From Microbotryum violaceum (Eukaryota): a DNA stretch of 64,000 nt. The first letter of the stretch is position 1. Each line of letters begins with the position of its first letter. A program made the position numbers and the translations under genes. The notes under the pieces were generated by a model. That model saw only the letters and a program-made list of their open reading frames with translations. It was not told where the DNA came from and made no database searches. Of this stretch, positions 10,628-22,653 are shown in pieces. Where the stretch lies: contig CDLV01000006.1 in the NCBI GenBank assembly GCA_001244265.2, positions 2,046,001 through 2,110,000 of the forward strand, given 5' to 3'.

Positions 10628-12002
10628 TCAACTGATGACCTGGACAAACAGCCCGTCCTCGTCGTCCCCGTTAGCTTGAGAGAGGTGCTGGACTGCGAAT
10701 TCAACCGCCACGGGTTCACGGGACGATGGAGATGTCGTGGGGAGCAGGCTGGGGATGTCGCTGGAGTGGAGGGATGGTGTGTAGGTCATGACGAAGGTTA
10801 GACTTGGCTGAGATGGATCCGGCTCTTGTTGAACTGCGGGTTTGCATGTCAGCAGAGCGGGATTAGGACATGTGACGTTGAAAAAGACAGAGTCAAAGAC
10901 AGACAAACCTGGTTCAACAATTCCGACCCAGTCATAGAAATACGGCAAGACGCTCAGCAACCTCATTTGTTCGATGTGCCTTTCGTCCGGGGGTTCGCCT
11001 TGTTCGAAACGGCGCTCCTCGTACTCGGCTTTCCGCTTGCGACGAGGTTGTGCCAAGTGGGGAGCTAATAATGCTTGCTCGAGGATGAGGGCGTCGTTAT
11101 CGACGAGGACCAGGAGAGGTGGGCTTCTACGAGGTTCGATATCGGAGGAGAAGGTCGAAGTCAGATGTGAGCTCGACGAGCCTAGACTAGAGGAGACTGA
11201 AACTTGCCGAGGAGAGAGGCGAGTGAAAGCCGAATCAAACAGAGCGAGTAAGGAGGTGTATGCCTCGATACCGTCACTACAAAAGACGGGTCAAAATGTT
11301 TGGAAATAAGCTCACTGTGACTCCAGGCTCGGTGACAAAGTCGGCAAAGTTTTTCTCACTTTTGCGCCTGGGACTCGGCAAGGTATTCCGAGGGGTTGTG
11401 GAGCACGACGAGGGTCGGCACGGTCGGCAAGTACGAAGGATCGCTCTTATTTCTCGTACCAGATTCAATGAATACCTGACTCGCGAGTAGATGCTCGGCA
11501 TGCGAGTAGACGGTCGTGAGGAAGTAGAGGAGATGCTCCGAAGTGGGGAGATGTCTATGTGTGTCGCCGAGATCATCAGCAAGCGTCAAAGCTGAGGCTA
11601 GGCTAGCGTTCGATTGACTACACACTTGATCTCGACCCTATCGAGGTAGGACACGAAAGAAGCATCGACGGATCGGGTTGAAGTGGAGAACAAGGACGTG
11701 TCGCTCTCCCTGATCAGCGAGTCGCGCCATTTGGCCTGATCCGACGTCAGCACGAGCACGTGTCGTCGTTCGGGTCCGACTTGATCATCGTCTTGCCTGG
11801 CTTCCAAAGAGTGCTGACTATGGTCATCGTCATGATCGCCCTCCGAGGAGTGACCTCGAAGATGGGCGACAGCGACATGAAGCACGGACGAAGTCGGGAG
11901 CGGACCAGTTAAAGCGATCGAACGCGCCTTCAACAGCGTCGGGACCGAGGCATCGAACCGTCGAGGAAACGGGGAGGACGAGTCAAACGAGTGGGCCGCC
12001 AC
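10628..12002 (-). CDS. Multi-exon hypothetical protein, candidate SWSAP1-like (RecA/RAD51-paralog fold)
   Basis: Exons encode SIALTGPLPTSSVLHVAVAH..HVLVLT..YLDRVEIK|HLPTSEHLLYFLTTVY..PTLVVLHNPSEYLAES. Start codon uncertain (the ORF begins at GTG). Confidence 0.5.
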
Positions 12003-12101
12003 CTTGGAAGCTTGGCTGCGTGCGGTCCGAACAGGTGAATGGGTAAAGCCAAAAAGAGGGTCTCGCCCACGCGGTGTTCTAGCGCGCGTGGCCTCGCACG
12101 G

Positions 12102-12150
12102 ATGACGTCATTGGTCAGACCGGTCAGACTCGGACTGTCTGCATGACGTC
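12102..12150. promoter_or_regulatory. Candidate bidirectional promoter with ATF/CREB (CRE) motifs
   Basis: Palindrome ATGACGTCAT at 12102-12111, a second TGACGTC at 12144, and GGTCAGAC twice (12113, 12122), all between divergent genes. Confidence 0.35.
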
Positions 12151-12289
12151 TACCGGCGTCGGCGCAGCAGGCCCCCAGCTCCGCGGAGATCAACTCCGTG
12201 TTCACTCGTCCCGGTCCGACTCAAAAGGAATTTGGTGCGAGACTCCCAAAATCCCGCATCCCGCAGCTCCTCCCTTTGCCACGGCAGCC

Positions 12290-13547
12290 ATGAAGGAGCC
12301 AAGCTCAACTCAAGCCCCTCACTGTTCGGCGTCCCCCTCGTCGTCCTCAACAGCCGCCGGTCCGAGCTTCACCGCTTGGACCCATGCGACACCACCGTTC
12401 GGTTCGACACTGCGCAAGCACACCTTCAAGCCATCGACTCTGTCCCCAACTCAACTCCTCATCGAAGTCGACCGAGCGGCCGCCAACCCCGTTGATGTGC
12501 AGATCGCCAACTCGTCCGTCTTCAAGCTTGCGGCGTTGAGCTACCCCAAGGGCATCGGCGAGGATTATGCGGGAATCGTCATCGCACAAGGTCGCGAGGT
12601 GATCGAATTTGCTGTAGGAGACACCGTGCTAGGGTTTTATCTCACTGCTGTGAGTGCCGATGTGGACCGCTTAGGTGGTCTTCGGTAAGGAACCGCGGTA
12701 AAAATTGTTGGCACGGTGGGTTCACTTGACAGTTAGGCAAGCCATGGGAAGGCGCATTATCCCAAGTCCGGATGGTCGAAGCCTCATCCGCCGTCATCAA
12801 GTACTCTCCCTCGGCCAAACTTTCTCCGACCGAGGCGGCGTCGTTCCCTCTCGTCTTTCAAACCGCCGTGACCGCCTTGACGCCACCTTATACCCCAAAA
12901 TTGACTCTTTCAGACCATCAATCGTCGTGCTGGGCGGATCTTCCGGTGTGGGGATCTATGCGATCCAGTACGCCAAATCGGAACTCGGCGCTCCAAAGAT
13001 TGTCGCGACCTGTTCGGGTAAGAACGCTGAGTTCGTACGGAGCTTGGGTGCGAATCATGTGATCGATTATATATCGGAGAACATACTGGAAGGATTATTG
13101 AAGCATCGTCCTGCGGAAGGATATACTACCATCTTGGACTGCGTCGGAGGGACTGCCTTGCTTCCTCATCTCGGTCGACTCCTGACCCACGCCGATGGGT
13201 CGTCGGGTCACCCTGGTGGTGGCTACATCACCATCGTTGGCGATGCGACCGACTCGGAACGGATAGGAGGCGCAACGGTGTATTGGTACAGCCCTCGGAT
13301 GGTCTGGAGGACTTTATGGAGTTGGTACGGCCTCAGCTCCAAGTGGAGGTACAGCTGTATCAGCCTAAAGGCACCCAAGGACAAGTTGCACAAGGGTGTT
13401 GAGCTGATACAGGATAAAGGAATTAAGGTCGTTGTGGATAGCGAGTACGAGTTTGACGATGTCGAGAAGGCGTTCAAGAAGTTGAGGACGAGGAGGGCGA
13501 GGGGCAAAATTGTGATCAAGGTCAAGGCCAATTCGGATCGACTCTAG
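12290..13547 (+). CDS. Zinc-independent medium-chain dehydrogenase/reductase (Yim1/RTN4IP1-like quinone oxidoreductase)
   Basis: AAANPVDVQI, GEDYAGIV, VVLGGSSGVGIYAIQYAK (Rossmann), LGANHVIDY, RARGKIVI; spliced. Confidence 0.85.
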
Positions 13548-13727
13548 AATGCCACTCCTTTGATGAACAATTGAAATCAAAGATGCGAAACAACCACGGT
13601 GTTGAGGTCAAACAGTCTGAAGCTCTCTACCTGAGGTTCGTCGATGACCCCGTGCAGTGCACGTCAGGGTGGTGAGCGCCGATTGGTGGGACGGCCGGCT
13701 CACAGCTTCGCTTTCTTCTCCTCGACC

Positions 13728-15578
13728 ATGCGGCTAGGCCCACTCCGCTCCACCGGCCGACTACCGGATGGACCACTCAAAGACAAGAAAGCAGAAGACG
13801 GCGCTGGGGGGTTGCATGCGGTCCAGACTGCCAAGAAGACCCGAACTATTGCTGAATGGTCGGCATTGGGGCGGCTACCGACCCCCACATTTCGTCTGCT
13901 CGACCTCCCCGAGGACATCATCGACCTGATACTGCAATTTGTGGCGCTCGTACGTCTGACGACTCAGTAGTAACCCGGATCGCATGTACTGACCTGGCTG
14001 CTCACTGCCCGACGCTAATGCATTGGCTGGGCACACACCTTCTTTGTCAATGGCCGATGTCCTATGCGGCTACACGATCACACCATAGCATCGTTACTCG
14101 TACTCGGAATCGCGTCGACCCAGACCATCTCCACTCGAGATTCTTTCGCTGTCCAAGTCGCCGATCTTGCGCTGGCGTTGTCAGGCTCTGCTCTATCATC
14201 GCGGAAGTTCTGAACCCGATCCCACAAAGGCGAGCCCATCCCAGATCCAGACTTACAATCGGTTTCGAAGGCTGCACTACCTCAGATTCATCCAAACGGC
14301 CCTCGAGACTGTGAAAGACATCGCCATACCACCGAACGCGAGGTTTGTCGAGTTGTCGACTCAAGTCATGACCTACCCTGAGATAGGGGGCTCAGGGGCT
14401 TCCGCCTCGAGGTCGCGCAATTGGACCTTCCCCGTGGGTTACTCCCTCCTCATCACATCCAACCTCACCGAATTGCGTTTGCGGCATCTCCAGTTCGACA
14501 TGTGGCTACTCCCTGTCAGTCCGTCCCAGTCGATGAGGATCAGGCGACTCGATCTGGTCGACGTTTGGGACGAGGTGGCGCAGTTCTTGTTGGAGCAGTG
14601 CAAGGCGCTGACGGAACTCAAGTTGACGCTATGGAATGTCAAGAGCCCCATAGCCCAATGGGTGTGCGTGTGGGATCGTCTCGAGGTGTTCGAACTCGAA
14701 TGCCGTCCGTTGCAGAAGTCTCCATCTGCCACCACCTTCACGAGGCTTCCTCTGGAGACGGCTCTGCAGTCCTTGATTGTGCGTCTGCTTGGTCGGTTCA
14801 TCATTGGTTCAACGGTGCGAAGTTCTCCGCTCAAGTCCCAGCTGACGGGCCGGTGCGTTGATTTGTTGCAGATTCCTTCCGACGCAGCTTTACGATCCCT
14901 CAGCGTGACGATTTTTCTATCGAGCCAAAGTCGTCCATCGCGCACAGTAAGCGAACGGCTGTGTGCCGCACTCGAGTGTTTCTCACGTGCGGGGCCCAAA
15001 ATTCGACACCTCAGTCTGGACGAGTTTACTCTGCTCAAGCCCCAAGACGTCGAGTGGCTGGCGGAAAAACTCCGAATGTGAGGGAGCTGCACCTCGGCGA
15101 TCGGACCGTATGGGCTGGTGGAAGAGTCAGTCCGTCTCATAGGCTGCGGTAGTCCGGAGTTGCCTTTTGGGAGTGCTTATACCCCTGCGTCATATTTTTG
15201 TAGGGCGACTATCTTCTGGCCTTGGCGAACTTTAGGCAGCTCACCGAGCTCGAGCTGCCGCGGTGGCCGCAGCCGGTCAACCCTGGGTCGAAGTCGGGCC
15301 TGGTCGACCCCGAGGTGGCAGAATGGGTCGAGCCCACGCAACTTGTGCTCGAGCTTGGTGGAAAACTTTCGAGTCTCTCTTTGCTGGGTTTGAGTGGATC
15401 CGCAGATGTCGTTGATTGGACTCGTGTTGCTCGTGTTGGTCCGCACGCGATGCCCGAGTGCGTCGAAAACTCTAGCCGTGCCCAGTTGGATCCGGTGACT
15501 CGGATCAATATGGATCTAAATCAGCCGAGTCAGATGTTATCACAATACGTTGATATGTTGTTTGATTGTCACGTTTGA
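13728..15578 (+). CDS. F-box-like / LRR-like hypothetical protein
   Basis: RLLDLPEDIIDLILQFV resembles an F-box start, followed by LxxLxL-type repeats (LTELRL, IRRLDL, LTELKL); several introns. Confidence 0.55.
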
Positions 15579-15770
15579 AATTACTATGACGTACCTTACG
15601 ATTCTTTATGCTCCGGGATATTTCCCGTCGTTATCCGAGTCCCCGGCCGAGTCACTGCCGAGTCCTGCCGAGTCCAAGCACCTGCCGTCGCCGTCTCTTG
15701 CCGATCGACCACGCTCTTACTCACCCGTTCTTGTCTCACTCACAGCATCTCACGCCGCGCCTCATTAACG

Positions 15771-17861
15771 ATGGCCGCTCGCCTAACTGCATGTGCGACG
15801 CGGACGATCGCCACTCCTAACCTTGCCTTCCGATCGCGCAACACCGTCCCCGCTGGCCTGCCGTCGTCGTCGCGTTCGTTGCAAAGACAGTTCTCCACAA
15901 CCCGGCCGACTCTAGGCGGTGCAGTGCCACCACGAGGTGACTACAAGCAACTGACCGCCGAGGATGTTTCCCAATTCGCGTCGATGATGTCCAACCCGAC
16001 CGCGTCGTTGATGACGACGATCGCCGCGCCCAACGGCGAATGGAGCTCGGCCGCGTTGGATGACCTCGAAGGCTACAACAAGGACTGGCTCGACAAGTAT
16101 GTCGGCCGATCCGCGATCGTGGTGAAGCCCAAGTCGACGCAGGAAGTGAGCAAGATCGTGGCCTACTGCTACAAGCATCGCATTGCCATCGTGCCTCAGG
16201 GTGGAAACACGGGACTTGTCGGAGGAGGGGTGCCCGTCTATGACGAGCTGATCCTCTCGACCGAAGGCATGAAGGAGGTCAGGCACTTCGATGAGGTGTC
16301 AGGTCAGTCAGCGGGTGGATGCAGATGCTCTGTCTTTTGCGCAGATGCAGAATGCTGACGAGGGATGTTATTTCGTACAGGAATTCTCACCTGCGATGGT
16401 GGAGCGATTCTCGAATCTCTATCCAACTACCTCCACCCCAAAGGATACATGATGCCCCTCGACCTCGGTGCCAAAGGTTCATGTCACATCGCCGGAAATA
16501 TCTCGACCAACGCCGGTGGTCTCCGACTTTTGCGCTACGGATCCTTGCACGGCACCGTCTTGGGGCTCGAGGTTGTCTTGCCTGATGAGAAGGGGACAGT
16601 TGTCTCGGTCGGGATGCCTGGGAGCAAGGGTGGAGCGCTTAGGAAGGACAACACGGGTATGTGAATCCTGTCAGAACCCCTAAAGTATACATAATGCTAA
16701 CTGTGTGGGTCTCTTCAGGCTACGACATCAAGCAGTTGTTCATCGGTGCCGAAGGCACGCTCGGAATCGTGACGGGTGTCTCGATTCTGACACCCAGGAT
16801 CTCCGAAGTGAGTCACTAGTATTTTCGGAGTATCTATCCTCTTCTTCTCTATACTGACCACATATTCTCCCTGCCAGGCTGTGAACGTTGCCGTGTTATG
16901 CGTGCCAAACTTTGAAGGCGTGCAACGAGTCTTCCAAGAGACAAGGGGTCGCCTTGGCGAGATCCTGTCGGCGTTCGAGTTCTGGGATCAGGAGGGACTG
17001 GAGTTGGTGCTTCACCACACGGGTCAGAAGGCACCCTTCGAAGGTACACCAGAGGGAGGTCGAGCTTTCTACGTCTTGATCGAGACAAGTGGTAGCAACA
17101 AGGATCACGACGATGAGGTGAGCTCACATGCGGACCGCTGATCTACGAAACAGTGCACAAGCTGACCCCCATTGTCACATAGAAACTTGGGGGGCTTTTG
17201 GAGCACTTGTTGGAGAAGGAGATCATTGCCGACGGTGTCTTAGCTCAGGACGATGCGCAGCTCCTCTCCTTGTGGTCGCTGCGAGAATTGATGCCGGAAG
17301 CTGCGGGCAAGTTGGGCAAGGTGTACAAGTACGACCTGTCGATGCCGGTCAAGGACATGTACTCGCTCGTGGAGGAGGCGCGAATTCGGTTCAAGGAACA
17401 TGGATTGGATAAGGACGGGAGCATCAAGCAGACGATTGGATATGGGCATATCGGTGATGGTCAGTCCTCGCTCCTAGGTTCGAAGAAGCAGAGTTGGGTG
17501 CTGACACTTTCCGTGGGCTGTCTCGGCGGCAGGCAACCTGCATCTCAACATTGTGGCGAACAAATGGGATGAAAGGATCGAAGAAATTATTGAACCCTGG
17601 GTTTACGAAGCGACAGGTCAGTTTCTCGTAGCTCTTCATCCCGGTGAATGATGGAGAAGCTCATCACCAGTCCTGCTCCCGATCTCCACAGCTGCTCGCA
17701 ACGGTTCCATTTCGGCCGAACACGGCTTGGGCCTCATGAAGGCGCCTTACGTTGGCTACTCCAAGTCGGACGAGTCAATCGCTCTGATGCAGCAGATCCG
17801 CAAGCTCTTCGACCCGCGTCGGATCTTGTCGCCTTACAAGTACTTGCCACCGACAGAATGA
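15771..17861 (+). CDS. DLD2: Mitochondrial FAD-linked D-2-hydroxyglutarate/D-lactate dehydrogenase
   Basis: Arg/Ser-rich presequence, [90 protein letters not shown]. Confidence 0.93.
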
Positions 17862-18001
17862 TTGTAATCAGAGTCGCAAGTCTTGATCCCCCACAGCCAT
17901 TGGGACTTGATATGAAGGTCCTTACAGCACTACATTTGTACATCTGAAGAACAAAACACACTAAGAACGAAAATAAAAATCTCTTTATACCCCGCCACAG
18001 A

Positions 18002-20221
18002 TCAAAGCTTGGCCCTGATCTTGTCCTCGTATACATGCACGAGCTGACCCTTGCACTCCTTCAAATTACGACGCAAGATCTTGCCCGCCGCCGATTTGGG
18101 TACCGCATCGATGAGGACGACACCTCCACGAAGCCACTTGTAAGGCGCGACTTTGGCCTCGATGTGTTCGCGCAACGCATGCGCAAAGACTTCAGCCCCT
18201 GCTCCACCTAGGAGATGTGACTTGTCCGCTGGGACAACGAAGGCTCGGGGGTATTCGGTTGCATGTTCTTCGTGGTAGATGGAGGAGACTCCGGCGTCTT
18301 GCACGAGGGGGGAGGAGCAGATATAGTCTTCCAGTTCGGCGGGGGAGACTTGGAAACTTGAGTCATGAAAGTGTGAATTGTGTCAGTTCGACTAATTGGG
18401 AGAGTAAGTGATTAATTACAGCAGTGGTGACTGACCCTTTGATCTTCATGATCTCCTTCATTCGATCAACGATGTGCAAGTTCCCTCGAGCATCGAGGTT
18501 CCCAACATCACCCGTCTTGAACCACCCATCATCATCGAATGATTCGTTCGTCGCGACAGGGTTGTTGAGGTATGAAATCATCATGTAAGGCGAACGAATT
18601 AGAACCTCTCCATCTTCACCCACTGTCGCGGTTTTGCTTAGATCAGAGATGGAAGCGATCTTGAGCTCGTTGCCGTAGAAGACTTTGCCTGTTGAACCAA
18701 GTTCAGATTCCAATTCGGGCCATGTAGGTGCCGATTGGCCGGTCACACCCGACGTTTCGGACAAGCCATAGCCCATTCGAAGGAGGATCCCGAGACGTTT
18801 GTAGACTTGGGTGATGATACTCGCTCCCAGTGGCGCGCCACCGGATGTGCATGCTCGGACGGAGGAAAGGTCAAAGCCGTCAACGAGGGGCGATTTGGCG
18901 AAGAGGACCGCGACGGGAGGTGCGATATGGAGATGCGTCGCTCGACACTCTTGAGCGATGCGGAGGTAGGTCTGGGGATCGAATTTTTGGATCACCGTCA
19001 CTGTTGCTCCGAACGCGGCGGCGGGCATGAGGACGTTGGACCAGCCGAAGATGTGGTAGAAAGGAGGCAAGCCGACGAGGCGCTCGTTTGCTTCGAGCGT
19101 CGCGCAATGCCAGACCGAGACGATTGCCGAGCCGACGGCTTTGTGACTGAGAATGACACCCTTGGACTTGCCACTCGTGCCGGACGACCAGAAAATGACG
19201 GCACCTCGAACGGCATCTTCGGACCCAGTATAACGAGGAGGTTCAAAGATGACTTCCTCGAGAGCGACCGGGGGCATAAGCACCTTCCAGTCCTGGACTC
19301 GCCATCCGCCGATGACTTGTTCTCGTACCTGCCCGATTGACCCGGATGAATCCCCATAGTCGTCGTGGGAGAGGTCGACGATGAAAACATTGCCTTTGGT
19401 CGCATACTCAAGTCGGGCTTGGACGTCGGGGGTCAACGATCGGAAAGCCTCCTGGCAGGTCGGCAGGCCTGCAGGTGTAGTGATGATGACCGCCGGCTCA
19501 GAGAGGGAGAGAATGTGGGCAATCTCAGACGAGGTGAGCACCGGGTTGACGGCAGTGAGCTAGACGAGCCGGAGGAGCGAATTTAGTCATGGTTTTTCGA
19601 AGTAAGTAACCGTCCGTGGTTACTCACTGTCAATCCCGAAGCGAGTACACCGAAAGCGAGTGTCGCGAACGGCAACGAGTTGGGCAGCTGCAGCAACACG
19701 ATGGGAGAGACGATGGCGCCTCGGTTCGATGTGGGGTCCCCACTCGCCAGTGGGGCCGGCTTCAAGCCAAGAGGGCCGTGAATGAGGGATGAGGCGATCC
19801 TGAGCGAGTCGGACTTGAGTCGCCCGTAGGACAAGGTGGCGCCTGTGATGCGGTCAGAAGAAGGAGTCAGTTCCCGCGTCTCATTGACGGCCTTCCTGCG
19901 CCGCGGCCCAACCCCTCCCAACCCCACAGACAGCGCAACGCGACCCGGGGTAAGCGCCGCGCAGTCCGATCCTTCTGCGGTGCATCCCGACTCACCCGTC
20001 AACCCATCACGGAACACGGGCTTCTCAGCGGGGATCGGACCGTCAAGGTATCGGTTCTGCAAGTCCTTGCGCGTCGCCTTCATCGTCGGCGAACCTTTCA
20101 CGAAGGGGGATTGGCCCGTCCCATTGGCGTCGAAGAGGAAGCTCCACACCGTGCCGGACGAACTCGGCAGCTCGACCGCGGGCACGTGAGCCGGGAACTT
20201 GACGATGGGGATTGCGGCCAT
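18002..20221 (-). CDS. 4-coumarate-CoA ligase-like acyl-CoA synthetase, peroxisomal (PTS1 -AKL)
   Basis: WSSGTSGKSKGV AMP-binding motif, GYGLSET, WFKTGDVG, IVDRMKEIMKIKG, VPKSAAGKILRR; C-terminus IRAKL*. Confidence 0.9.
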
Positions 20222-20708
20222 GGTTGGTTTAAAGTAGAGATGTTGAGCTGGTAGGAGAAAGAGTGAAGGTGATGGGAGGGGTGAGAAGGATCTGGGTAAC
20301 CCTGGCTTTCGGATTCGGACATCTTTCCCCCGGAGGCCGATCGGGACCCAGCAGCAGCGGTGGCGATCGGGTTGCCGCCGTTCTCCCGGATGTCCCCAGC
20401 CACGCGCTGGCGTCGGATGCTCTGATCATCCGGTCGCGGGTGCGGGCCAAGGGTCTACCGGCATCTCGGCAAGTCCATAAAACTGGCTTACCCCACATTA
20501 CAAAATTATTTCTGATCCTGCTCTCCTTCATGAACTCGATTCTATGATCCCGAAATTACGATAGCTCCTTTGGCTGGTTCCCCGACCAAAGAATAGAGAG
20601 CTCAATCCCCGGGCCCATCGTCCCGCGGGGGGGGGGGGGGGCTTGCCGAAATGAGATGAATTTCGCCAGCACAGATAGGGAGGTAGCAGCTGGTTCCCAT
20701 TACTTCTC

Positions 20709-22399
20709 TTATGACCAAGCTTTACTAATCTCCATCGCTAAAACCTTCCTTAGTCCCGGCTGTGTCGTCTCCTCCAAGATCAACCCTTGTAAAGCTTTAC
20801 TCGGCGTTTGTGGCTCGGCCGAGGCATAGGCATCCCGCGGCTCCACTGAGGTAGGAAGGTCGTGCTCTTGCCGTTTAAAGTAGGGGATCACCAGCTCGTC
20901 CAATGTAGATGCGAACAAGTGGTCGATCACTGATTGTAACTTGGGACCTGTTTGGCCAAAGTCGGGGCACTGTACTCGAGGAACGCTGCAATGCTCAGGC
21001 GGAAAATCTTTCCGAGGGCTTTCGGCGCGGGACTCACGGCATTGACCTCCAGGAGGGAGACTCGAAGTTCGTCATCGACGAGGAAATCCAAGCCAAAGAT
21101 CTCGAATGCGTTGGGTAATGCCTGCGATCAAACCCGGTTCGAGGAGGTTAGGTCTCCGAAAAGTCTGAGCTGGAACTTCTCAGGCTCTGCACTTACCTGA
21201 AACGATGTCCCAGCGCCTACGGCCGCTTTGAACAGCTCAGCGACGACCTCTCCAACGCTATCCTCAATCTTGGTGATCTGCTCTCGGGTCAACTTCTGCC
21301 CCTCCAGGGCGCCACCGAGTATCGTATACCCTTGCATTTTTTGCAGCGTATTGACTGAATCGGGCAGTGCCTGGGACCCCATGATGGTCGTCTGCAAGCA
21401 GGTGTTGGTAAGATGGGCCGAAAGGTCAACCTTGTCGGAGGATTCGGGAGTGGAGTAAGGTGTTGGTGCGAAGAGAGCGAGGAAAGGATGGTGCACGTGG
21501 ACTGTGAGTGCACCTGATGCAACGACGTAGACGCGGAGGTGGAATTTGTAGCTTGGCGATGAAGGGTTGTTGGAGGGTGAGAAGAGTAGGGGGTTCGAAA
21601 CGTAGCGCTATGGTGGGTAGGTTAGTTGCGGTGCTCGCCAGGTAAGAAAGAACCCATGGGACTCACCTGTACGACCCATTCTCGAAGTTGGGACGAGTCG
21701 ACTCGGGTACCTGTACCGTATGCTTTTGTACCAAAAGCTTCGTCGTAGTCCTCTTCTTCTTCCTCGTCGTCGTTGCTGACGGGTTCGAATTCCTGAAAAA
21801 TCTGCTCGAGTTGAGCCCGATCGGAAAAGAGACGAATGCCTACTCCTTTGTCGGCCAATGCTGCCTTGAGGACCCACCACGATGGTTTGTCCGGATCGGC
21901 TGTGTCGAACGAGTGCTGCACGTCGTACAGCTCATCTACGAGCAGCTCGTCAAGCTCGTCGGCGAAAGAAAGGGTGAAGTAGAAGGTTTGTGGAGCGGCT
22001 CGGGCGAGTGGGGAGGTCGGGTTCTTGGAGAGGTATAGTGCGATCGTATGTGAGAGATGATTTTTGCGGATTAGACTGTGATGTGCGGACGCATTTGAAT
22101 CAGTCTCCTGTGCGAACGCTCGATCACCGATCACGTGCATACACTGACCCCTTTCGGATGACATAGCTATTGACGAGCCGAGTCTTGCCCTGAGCCCCCT
22201 CCACCAGGTCCCAGTCGATCTGGTCATAATCGGACCATTGCAAGTCGATCTGATCATCAGATGTAGTGGTCGTCTGCATCGACCATTCGGGGTGAGCTTC
22301 GAATGCCCTTCGCAGCGCCTTGACGACATCGTCCTGCGAGCGAGGGTATTGCACCAGGGCGACTCGCCGTCGGGGTGTGGGCGTGCTCTGAGTAGTCAT
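20709..22399 (-). CDS. Tubulin-tyrosine ligase family ATP-grasp protein (Pby1 TTL-domain-like)
   Basis: LQWSDYDQIDW, NSYVIRKG|LIRKNHL, WVLKAALADKGVGIRLF, YKFHLRVYV, AHLTNTCLQ, NAFEIFGLDFLVD, LLEVNA. No SurE-like N-terminal domain evident. Confidence 0.85.
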
Positions 22400-22653
22400 G
22401 TTGACTTAGGTAGGTCAGCGGCGAGCCAAATTTGAGGCTCTGGCCAAAGGGTGGTTAGGCAGTTGAGCGCTGAGCAGACTAGCAGACTCGCTGAGCCTAG
22501 CGGAACCTAGCGGAGCTTGCTCGCGCTCGAACAGACTGACTTCCTGTTCGTCGCTGTTCGTCGATGCTCCACGCTGCTCCACGTCTCCTCCGCCCCCCGC
22601 CCCTTCCCCTGTCACCGCGTCGTCCCAGGTCGCATCGATTCGGCGTGCGCGCG

